A DNA stretch of 64,000 nucleotides from Bugula neritina (taxonomy: Eukaryota > Animalia > Bryozoa): assembly GCA_964035545.1 (NCBI GenBank), contig OZ037765.1, positions 31,929,504 through 31,993,503 on the forward strand, given 5' to 3'. Shown here in pieces: positions 39,759 through 49,241 of the stretch. How positions within the stretch are numbered: position 1 is the stretch's first letter; each line of letters starts with the position of its first letter. The position numbers and the translations under genes were made by a program. Below the pieces are notes generated by a model, which made no database searches, was not told the DNA's origin, and saw nothing but the letters and a program-made list of their open reading frames with translations.

Positions 39759-41719
39759 ATCACCCAGGGAGGCCCGCGCGTCTGCCGCCCCGCTGGGCGC
39801 CGCGCGGAGATGCTGTGAAGTGGCGACCCCCGCGGCAAGTAGGCTCAAGCCACTCGCCGCCTGGGTCCTCTACGCCACTCCAACACCAACACGGATCCGG
39901 CAGACGGTTGATCTCAGAGCCTGCGAGGGAAACGGTACAGGCGCCGCAAGGCGTACCGCCCCAACCTCGGCAGCTGGTCAATAGTCGTCGCCAACCGTGG
40001 ACCCCTCGACCCACAGCGAGGGAGGTGCAACCACGGCACACACAGCTGCAGCCACACGGAAGTAGCTACTTCCTGCCAGGAAAGCTAGCCGGCAAGCCTG
40101 CCAACTTCCTCCTGGACTCAGGCTGCACCACCAACCTCCTTAGCCGTCAATTCTTTGACACCCTCAGCGCTAAGGTCAAGGACGGGTTGGCACCGTATGA
40201 GGGGGATCATGGCACCCTGGCAGACGGGTCGTGCATTCCCTTCTACGGCATTATTGAGCTGACTGGTTACATCCGTAACCAGGCCATCCAAGAGACGTTT
40301 AACGTCGGGCAGCTCAACGAGGACGCTATCCTCGGGATGCCATTCTTACAACGACACGGATGTCGCATCGATTTCAGTAAATCTGCGATGATCATGGGCG
40401 ACAGGGAGCTCGCTTGTGTCGATAAGTTTGGTCGTCCTCTAGCGGGAGCAGTGCAGGTAGTACGGAGCTGTACTATACCAGGCCACTCCCGGGCTACCGT
40501 CCGCTGCAGAGTAGACGGTGGCCAAACCTCTAAGTTGGGAGTTGTCGAAAGTACGCACTCAAGAATCCAACTTGCCCATAGCTTTAGCCGGCTTACGGGA
40601 CAAGGAGAGATCTCAGTGCAGTGCGTCAACCCCTCCTCAGAGACAGTAGACCTACCACCCAGGTCCATGCTGGGCCGCTTCCATCCTGTCCAGGAGGAAG
40701 CCATTGGACCGTCGTCGGGAGCTACGACGGAAGGTCCTCAGCAGAGCCCGTCTCAAGGGCGGAGGACCGTCCCAACCCACGCCTCCCATCCTCCAAGGAC
40801 GCGTGGCTACACAGGCAACGGAAAGCGCCAGGCTATAGCTAGGTTGCCACATGGGTACAGTGAGGCGTTCCGCCACACAGACCACGACGCCCGCCTAAGT
40901 AGAGCAGGCCGTCGTGAGGTATCACGGGCGGCGAAGACCGCCCCTGCTCAGCAACTCCAACAGAGGGCTGACACGCCCCCGGAGGCTGTCCAGAGCCTCC
41001 GCGCCAAACCTGTATGGGCTGGTAACGTTAGGGAGCTGCCGAAGCTCCAGGAAAGCCTTCCTGGGGTGGTAGCCGACGTGTACCGAGCGAAACAGGAAGG
41101 GCGACGACCCAGTAGTAGACAACGGCGACAGGGATGCGCCGAGTTACGGCTGTACTGTCAACGTTGGAACTCTCTGCGGGTCGGGCCAGATGGTCTGCTG
41201 ACCATGACCTTGGCCGCCAACAACAGACAACCAGCCAGGAAGAGGATCGTCTGCCCAGCTGCCATCCGCCGGGAGTTGATACAAGACACCCACGAGAAGA
41301 CTCACGGAGGAGTCCAAGGGGTGGTCACCAAGCTACAACTCCGGTGGTACTGGCCCAACATGGAGCGGGATATCCGGCGCAGAGTGAGACGGTGCGAAGT
41401 CTGCCAGACCAACAAGCATAGCCGTCTCCCTGGTGAAGCGGGGCGGCAGACGCATTGTGCGAGAAGGTCTTGGCAAGCGGAGACTGTCGTCCTGGCCGGA
41501 AACACCTCCATGACACCTCAGGAAGACTTGGCGAGGCGAGAAAGGCCACTTCCGTCCTTGAAAGTGCGCCCACCGCCCCCAACGTCAAGCCTGCCATCAC
41601 CACCACTTCCGGAATCAGAAACGGGTCCGGAAGTGCAAAAACCCCCCGTGGGAGGGGCTCCGCAAGGAGATACCAGCGTAGGAACAACCGTCACAAACAG
41701 GCTGGAAAACCACCCGTGA
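39707..41719 (+). CDS. pol: Internally deleted pol: aspartic protease plus integrase HHCC zinc-binding domain only
   Basis: FLLDSGCTTNLL..AILGMPFL protease and THEKTHGG..WYWPNM..CEVCQ HHCC domain. No YxDD, RNase H or DDE motifs in the 687-aa frame. Confidence 0.88.
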   Translation, partial: VKLPRPADVPTSCGPSVNHPGRPARLPPRWAPRGDAVKWRPPRQVGSSHSPPGSSTPLQHQHGSGRRLISEPARETVQAPQGVPPQPRQLVNSRRQPWTPRPTAREVQPRHTQLQPHGSSYFLPGKLAGKPANFLLDSGCTTNLLSRQFFDTLSAKVKDGLAPYEGDHGTLADGSCIPFYGIIELTGYIRNQAIQETFNVGQLNEDAILGMPFLQRHGCRIDFSKSAMIMGDRELACVDKFGRPLAGAVQVVRSCTIPGHSRATVRCRVDGGQTSKLGVVESTHSRIQLAHSFSRLTGQGEISVQCVNPSSETVDLPPRSMLGRFHPVQEEAIGPSSGATTEGPQQSPSQGRRTVPTHASHPPRTRGYTGNGKRQAIARLPHGYSEAFRHTDHDARLSRAGRREVSRAAKTAPAQQLQQRADTPPEAVQSLRAKPVWAGNVRELPKLQESLPGVVADVYRAKQEGRRPSSRQRRQGCAELRLYCQRWNSLRVGPDGLLTMTLAANNRQPARKRIVCPAAIRRELIQDTHEKTHGGVQGVVTKLQLRWYWPNMERDIRRRVRRCEVCQTNKHSRLPGEAGRQTHCARRSWQAETVVLAGNTSMTPQEDLARRERPLPSLKVRPPPPTSSLPSPPLPESETGPEVQKPPVGGAPQGDTSVGTTVTNRLENHP

Positions 41720-42074
41720 GACATAACAATCCACGGGTGAGCACACCGCCTCCCACAGTGACGACGCCTCCAGGACCACACACTAGGCAAACCCCAGCGT
41801 GTCTCAGAGACTGTGTACGTGACCGCGGTACAAGCGGCAGTAACGAAAGTCTAGCGAGGTCTCGCATGGGAAAACAGGCAAAGAGACGTGGGAGTTGTGA
41901 ACACCACGGAAATCTCAACTTTTGCCTCGGCGGAATCTCACACGAGATTCATCCGCTGGAAGTGAAAAGCCCTAGTCACGTTTCACAACCACGCTGTCCG
42001 GTCTTTTCCTATGTTGATGCAGTCAAGAGTAGACGTGCCACTAAACAGTAATCATTTACCGCTCTCATTCCAAA

Positions 42075-43132
42075 ATGTCTTACTATTCTGGATTGAAGGG
42101 TGAGTTAATTATGTTTTTGGTACGATAACTAGACTGCATCAGTCAGCTTTAGCTACACTAGCTAGCGAGCTGGAGATTCGATAATGATAAACAGTGGTGG
42201 GAATACACGTCGACTTTGATTTTAAATAATCTGCCATAGCGAGTGTGTTCTCCATCAACTATTCATTAGCCTGAATCTCACGAGTGTAACTGAACAGAGT
42301 ACCGGTCAGGCTGTACACGCCGACGGTACCTCAGTGTATAATCTTTAACACTGCTACTCTTTCAGATCACACTCGAGTGACCACCTCCCGGTCACGGGAC
42401 CAGCCAACCTCTCTACCTATGGAAGAAGAACCTGTAATGGAGAACGGCTTACCCGTGGTGCTTCGTCGACGACACCGTTGGGTGTCACCCACGACGGAAA
42501 GGAGAATTGAGGAAGCCTGGGGACCCAGCGGACCCCACCGGACCTGCCAGGTCTGCTTCGAGGAGTGCCTGTCACACCGCTCCCTGCGTCTGCATGTAGA
42601 CGCCCATTTTCTACTCCATTTCTGCCCATGCGGGTTCCACGATGTATACCCGTATCCTGTGATAGTCCACAAGTTGAGCTGCTTCGCCGGAGAGGGCCAT
42701 ATTGTTGATGAGGACAGTTTCCCCCTGTACCTAGACACCATCAAGCCAGTCATCAAGAAGGCTATCACCCTGGCCGCACTAGCGTCAGGGTTCCAAGTAC
42801 TGCTGTTATCCGCCCGCCATAAGTCCCCTATGGTTCAGGGCCCGTCTCCTACCCTCGTCAACCCTAGCAACACCCCCGAATTAGAAGGAACAACAATACC
42901 CCCAATAACAGAGACTACTACAACACCACCAAGGCCTAGCCGGCTGGCTGATGTAGAAGAGCGGCTTGTAAAACTACAAGCCGAGTTTACACAACTGGCC
43001 CCTGACCTGCTGGATACGACGACAGGTCTATACCAGCTGAAGGACTCAGTGGGGCGACTGAAGAGGCGGCTACGTGCCCGAAAGGCTCGACACAGAGCAC
43101 GCTCGCTACAAGAGTCAGAGTCCACCCAATGA
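42075..43132 (+). CDS. Spliced accessory ORF3 (~263 aa): C2H2 + C2HC zinc fingers, leucine zipper, Arg-rich tail; exons 42075-42099 and 42366-43132
   Basis: caaaATG TCT TAC TAT TCT GGA TTG AAG G|GTGAGT ... ctttaac..ctactctttCAG|AT CAC ACT CGA GTG joins in frame with the 251-codon ORF. Motifs C-x2-C-x12-H-x3-H and C-x-C-x12-H-x3-C. Confidence 0.8.
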
Positions 43133-43408
43133 GTATGCCTGGGGTAGGCACCTTTCGTTGAGCTGTATTTCGTCTGGAAAGTGACGAGTGCTCCGACATT
43201 GGCCCGCGTGCTGGTAAGCACCCTCTCTCTTTATAGCTGACTAGATGTGTGTGTTCGATCACCCTGTTTACTTCTGTATATAAATGTTGTCGTACTCAAC
43301 TATTTCTCTTCTTCCTTTTTGTGTGTTTACTTATGTATGTTTTTCTTTTTGGATTATTGTATTGTTTTTCTTTATGTGTTTTTTTGTATTGTGTTATCAG
43401 AAAGTAGG

Positions 43409-43429
43409 GCTTTCTGCTGGGGGGGGCGG
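43409..43429 (+). promoter_or_regulatory. Polypurine tract
   Basis: A G8 run plus cgg immediately precedes the 3' LTR. Confidence 0.8.
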
Positions 43430-43782
43430 TGTAGTGAGTCATGCAAAGTACAAATACGGGAATCGCCCGCTCTCCGTGCTGGGAATACTAAGACCCTTAT
43501 GTAGCAACCAATTAGCAGCACCGGAAGATATGCTTCCGACTCACGTGACACTTCCCGGGCTATTGACAATTGATCACGTTGTTGTAAGCGGAGGCTTGAA
43601 GTAGAAGCATGTGTTAGTAGTTGACTGATGTATAGGATAATTTGATGTGATGTTTACTTTATGTTTTATTGTGGATAATAAATATAATTACTCGACAGCT
43701 ACCCTAGTAATTGCTAGTAGAATAGCCAACTAAGTATACGCAAGTAGATAACTCACGCACAGTAATTGCACGAATTACTACA
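43430..43782 (+). repeat. 3' LTR
   Basis: Near-identical direct repeat of 38424-38776. Confidence 0.95.
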
Positions 43783-44199
43783 ATACTTAACCTAAAAGTA
43801 AAACTGTAAGTTGCCAGTAGCAGTCTTGAGCAAGTAAGTAATACTAACTAAAAATTCAAGTGCAAGACTAATTCAAAGTGAAAGCATAAACTTAGAGTTA
43901 AAGACAGTTCGAGTTCAACTTCAAGTTTAAGTTCCAGTTAAATTTTAATATTAATACTAATACTAAGCCTAATACTAATAGTAATAGTTATAGTTCATAC
44001 TTTAAGTTTATTTATATTAGTTGGTTTGTAATGGCCACAAATGCATTTTTGTGTGTAGCAGTATTATAGCTCATAGAATGTTAAGCAATAAGCTAACGCA
44101 CATAATTCAAACAATATTTTCAAACATTTGTTTAATATGATAGAGTCAGCTATTGGTAAACATTACAGAAAACATCAAAACTTATTTTTGCTTCAAAAC

Positions 44200-44345
44200 C
44201 GCTCAGTCTCTTAAGACGCCATTTATAAACAACTTTCCGTGATTGCTGATGATTGGTCATTCATTGCTTTGCTGGCAAATCGAACGCCAGCTATCATATC
44301 TATAATTTTGGTTGCCATCTTTGGAGAAAAATTCGCGCAGCTGAT
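44200..44345. promoter_or_regulatory. Candidate promoter core upstream of SF3A2 (possibly bidirectional)
   Basis: Local CpG cluster, YY1-like cgccattt and gccatctt, an ETS-like ttccg and an ATTGG (CCAAT) box. Bracketed by (ANT)n tracts. Inference only. Confidence 0.4.
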
Positions 44346-44499
44346 CCCATTCATAATTTCATATCACTCATTATCATAAAATTTTCAATTATAATAATAT
44401 TTGGATAGTATTAAAATTAATTCTTTTCTTAAGCTTGATTTTTACCTTTGCCGTGCCTTATTTCTTCAATCAACCTCAACTTGTATACTCATATCAGAC

Positions 44500-45170
44500 T
44501 CAGTCATATCATTACTGATTACTATTAGTATTACTATTAGATTTAGTATTACTATTAGTATTAGTATTAGTATTACTATTAGTATTACTATCACTATGTC
44601 TATTACTTTTGCTATTAGTATTACAGTAATACTATTAGTGTTAGTATTACTATTAGTATTACTATTAGTATAAGTATTAGTAATACTAATAGTAATACTA
44701 ATACTAATAGTTATACTTATACTTATAGTAATACTAATAGTATTACTATTAGTATTACTATAAGTATAACTATTAGTATTAGTATTACTATTACTATTTG
44801 TATTAGTATTACCTTATTAGTTATTAGTATTACTATTAGTATTAGTACTATTATTACTATTAGTATTAGTATAACTTATAATATAAGTATTAGTGTTACT
44901 ATTACTGTATTAGTATTACTATTAGTATTACTATTACTATTACTGTCATAGTATTGCTCTATTAGTATTAGTATTACTATTACTAATACTATTGGTATTA
45001 CTAAATACTATTAGTATTACTGTTAGTATTACTATTAGTATTAGTAGTATTACTATTACTGTTACTATTAGTAGTAATACTATTACTATTACTATTAGTA
45101 TTAGTAGTAATACTATTAGACTTAGTATTAGTATAACTATAAGTATTAGTATTACCGTTACGATTATCAA
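44500..45170. repeat. (TATTAG/TATTAC)n degenerate hexamer/trimer satellite
   Basis: Directly visible; the purest part of a wider (ANT)n tract spanning ~44360-46170. Confidence 0.9.
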
Positions 45171-46955
45171 ATATTAATTATTATTATCACGTTGAATTGA
45201 TTATAATTATATTGATAATAATAATTGAATGACATTGAGTTTGACAGTTATGTTTATTTATATTAATATTGATAATAATCATAATGAATAATATCAATCT
45301 TTTTATCATCAGATCATAATGATCCCCATAGTCATTTTGATTTCTTTTTATATCATAATCCATTATTTATTCATTATCATTGAGTTTGACATTATTATAA
45401 TGATTAAATTTATGATTTATAATTATCGTTATGTCTATCAGAAACTTAAAGTTCAAGTGATTATTCTTAGCCTTATGATTATCATAATCATTATTCAATC
45501 CCATGATCATTCTCATGGTATTAAATTTCAATTCCGGCTAAGAGTAAGACTAATAGTAATACTTATTTATATTACTCATAGTAAATGTAATACTTATAGT
45601 TATATAGTATATACTAAATATGTGATCCTCATATTCCTAACTTATACTTTACTAAATAATAAGTATTATGAATCCTGATGATAATACTATAGATTTGCTC
45701 TTAGATTAACACCAAAAGTTAGAGTAACACTAACTGTAAGTAGAGTCTATAAGATTAAGTGTAACTCAATATATTTAAGTCATGTGACTAAATCAAGTCG
45801 TTAAGTGATAACTATTAGTGTTACTAGGCCTATTACTATTAGTATTAGTATTACTAAAATTAAAATATTAATTTAGTTTTATCTTTTCGGCATCAATATC
45901 GACTATCGTTATTGTATTAGTTTTACTCATAGTTATACTTATTAGTTATTCTTAATAATAATTTAGCTAACGTGAAAAAGATTTAGAATGTAGATTATCT
46001 AACCTTCAAGTTTAAGTATCTGACTTAAAATTATCTTCAATGGTTACAGTTACCCATAAACTTATCTAAATACTTGATCTAATTATGGCATTAATATTGC
46101 AGTTACAGATAGTGAGTTACTGATGCTGACAGAGTTACATTTACTTTTAGACTTATTTAGTAACTACGTTGCTGTTAGTCATAATGATTGTGTTATACAC
46201 ACCTGGTTCTTGTCTTAGATTTGAGTTTTGTCTTTGAGGTTTGCAATCACATTTAACACAGCTTATTTTTAAAACTTTCTAGTTTTACTGTAACATTTCT
46301 CTTCATTTTTCTTTTAAAGCTAGTTAGTTGTTGTTGTTCGCCTTTTAATATTAATCGGCTGGTATTTATTATTTTATAATTTTAGCATTAGTAATAAAAA
46401 TGCATGCCCTTTTAAGATCTATTACCCTACCTCACTGTTTTTAGTTATACATACTTTAACAGTAAACTAATGCTATATTTCATCTTAGAACTAAATACAT
46501 TATTCGAATGGAGTTGCCATTCATGGAGGAAAACAGTGTCATTCAAATGAAACCACCATCCATACTAGCTAAAATCCCATTGGAATTTGCCTTTGTTTGG
46601 ATTATAGATTTTTATTCTAGACACGTGTACAGATTTAGATATAGATATAATGTAGATGTAGATATGTATTTACATATTGTTTACTTGAGTAACTAACAAC
46701 ATACTGCATTCGCTATGTGTTTGTATCTGTGCAGAAGTTTGTAGTCAAGAAATTTAAATGGTTTGTCTACCAGTCATGTCTTTTATTCTGTGTTTACAGG
46801 CTGTATGTTTCATATATTTATAAGATTTGCTAAACCAGCATACAGTCCAGCAATGAAACTCTTGAAAAATTTACACTTTTTAATACAGCCTATTTCGAAA
46901 TCCAGGCTCATATTTAGTTTCATCTGATTGTAGGGCTGGTGGTTGGAGTCTCGCA

Positions 46956-47912
46956 ATGGATTTTCAGAACCGTGCAGGTGGAAAGACCGGTACAGGAGGT
47001 GTGGCCTCTGCTTCTGATGCTAACAGAGAGCGCCGGGAGCGACTGCGTCAACTTGCTCTTGAAACGATTGACATTAATAAAGATCCATATTTTATGAAAA
47101 ATCATTTGGGTTCTTATGAATGTAAACTGTGTTTGACATTGCATAACAATGAAGGGAGCTACCTAGCACATACGCAGGGGAAGAAGCATCAGGCTAATCT
47201 TGGTCGGCGAGCTGCTAAAGATGCCATGACGGCGCCAGCTCAACCTGCCCCGGAGAAAATTAAAATCGATCCGAAAAAGTTTGTCAAGATTGGTCGTCCT
47301 GGCTACAAAGTAACCAAGCAGAGGGATCCGGCCACAACCCAACAGAGTCTGCTGTTCCAGGTGGACTACCCGGAGATAGTGGAGGGTGTGATACCCAGAC
47401 ATCGGTTTATGGCGGCATACGAGCAGAAAATGGAGCCCCCAGACAGGCAATGGCAGTATCTGTTGTTTGCTGCCGAGCCTTATGAGACCATTGCATTCAA
47501 GGTGCCTAGCAGAGAGGTGGACAAAGACCCCCATAAGCTCTGGACGCATTGGAACAAGGAAACCAAGCAATTCTTCTTGCAGTTTGCTTACAAAGTAGAA
47601 TCACAGAAGTCTGAAGAAGAAGCTCGAACCGTTCCACCTTCCTCATTACCAGCAGCCAACATGGCAAGACCTCCACCACCTCCCATACCTGGGATGAGAC
47701 CACCACCTCCAATGGAGGGCATCCGTGGACCACCTCCACCAATGATGAGAGGTCCTCCACCACCCATGGGGATGCCTCCTCGCCCTCCGCCAATGGGGAT
47801 GCCCCCTCCTCCTCGTGGACCCATGCCTCTTCAAATGGCCTCAAGAATGTCAATGCCTCCTCCACCACCATCTCGTCTCCCTGCGCCTCCACCTCCCCCA
47901 GTAGTCAGCTGA
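46956..47912 (+). CDS. SF3A2: Splicing factor 3A subunit 2 (SAP62/Prp11)
   Basis: MDFQNRAGGKTG..RERRERLRQLALETIDINKDPYFMKNHLGSYECKLCLTLHNNEGSYLAHTQGKKHQ (matrin-type zinc finger), FVKIGRPGYKVTKQ, AAEPYETIAFKVP and a Pro-rich C-terminus. Single coding exon. Confidence 0.98.
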   Translation: MDFQNRAGGKTGTGGVASASDANRERRERLRQLALETIDINKDPYFMKNHLGSYECKLCLTLHNNEGSYLAHTQGKKHQANLGRRAAKDAMTAPAQPAPEKIKIDPKKFVKIGRPGYKVTKQRDPATTQQSLLFQVDYPEIVEGVIPRHRFMAAYEQKMEPPDRQWQYLLFAAEPYETIAFKVPSREVDKDPHKLWTHWNKETKQFFLQFAYKVESQKSEEEARTVPPSSLPAANMARPPPPPIPGMRPPPPMEGIRGPPPPMMRGPPPPMGMPPRPPPMGMPPPPRGPMPLQMASRMSMPPPPPSRLPAPPPPPVVS

Positions 47913-49241
47913 AGTGTTCCCACTTTACTTTGATATTCATAATGTAGCCGAACTTTTTATTGTATTTGTACATGTATAAGAATTCAACGGCTGCCATGCC
48001 TTTTCTTGTAAATGATTCTTCATATTTACTAATAAATTTAACATTGCTCTTACTACTGGTCTAATATTTTGTTTGCAACAGGTTACAGTATTCTTTTCTT
48101 TTTTCCTATATATCAATATGCAGTTTTAATATAGCAATGTAAATGGGAATTCGCCAAAAATACAGTCTGTTCTAGAAGTGTAAGTTTCTCTGGTACTTTA
48201 TGCCAACTATAGGAATCTCTTGTCTTAACTTACCTTGCATTTACAAGTGAGTTCTTGAATTTCATTCCTATTACATAATCATCACAGAATATTAATGCAT
48301 TCGAATGGGCATCCGTTTTCATGGTGTTTTTGTGACTGGAACATCCAACCTGTTGATGCATGCCATTTGTTGGATATGCCATTATAAATCATGTGGAAAT
48401 GCAATTAAATATTCAGATGGTTCAACTTGCACACCCTGACAAAATAGAATGCCATCTTATACAGCAGCAGTTGCATGCTGTTACAAATGGGGGAAACTTG
48501 CAAAATTGCTGTTTCTGAAAAACTGCTTTTTGCACCTATCATGTGAAAATGTGTGAAGTGCAATACCTACACATTAACTTGAAACACTTGAAAATATCAA
48601 GTGTGTATCATGCAATACTGTATTATATAATATATCATTAGCTAGTTTTAACCCGCATCATTATAGCGACTAATTTGTGATGATATTTGGAATTACCTGT
48701 AAGCTAATATGTCATTTAGTTTAGTAATTGTACATATTAGGCTAAGTGTTATGGTGACTTTAGTTTTACATAGTTTAAAAAAAAACTGCTATACAAGTTA
48801 AATTCTTGAAAGGTAATGATTTTGTTTTGAAGGTATCAGAGAAAATGTCTGAAATATTCATATTGCATGCACGATAACAATCTAGTTATAAGGTTATTGG
48901 TACCTAAAACTGAATAACCTGGTGAATATTTATGCTGTTAGTATAGACTATAGATAGAACAATAGTCCTGGTGATTCATGAAAGTCTTATTCAAAGTTTC
49001 ATTATTTTTGCTAGTCAAACAAGCTTGATTGATTGAACTTGGTTTAACAATGCTGCACTATAACTAGTATGATACTTTCAGCATTTCAAATTTTTCTATA
49101 AACTAGGAAAGAAGATAGGCAAGTTGAGATGTTAGGACATATATTATTATGAATGCATTTAAAAAATATAACATTGAAAACAAAAGATTAGGTAAGAAAT
49201 ATATATTTTAAAATGTTGGACTTTGAACAACTATACTAAAC

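Larger units (their letters stand above)
38424..43782 (+). mobile_element. Ty3/Gypsy-type LTR retrotransposon, non-autonomous (lacks RT, RNase H and IN core), with an extra zinc-finger gene
   Basis: Two 353-bp TG..CA LTRs, PBS, PPT, gag with a CCHC knuckle, aspartic protease and integrase HHCC domain. GC-rich relative to the host. Confidence 0.95.

Noticed and set aside
42377-43132. ORF3 as an envelope gene
   Set aside because: No signal peptide, fusion peptide or TM anchor; zinc-finger and basic motifs indicate a soluble, probably nuclear protein.
38772-43262. Numerous antisense and alternate-frame ORFs inside the LTR element
   Set aside because: Expected shadows of GC-rich coding sequence; no motifs.
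44401-45678. Ile/Thr/Ser/Leu/Val-rich ORFs resembling membrane proteins (also 15038-15296 and 38067-38363)
   Set aside because: By-products of (ANT)n low-complexity tracts; no recognisable domain.
47163-47892. Antisense Gly-rich ORFs over SF3A2
   Set aside because: Reverse complement of Pro-rich codons.
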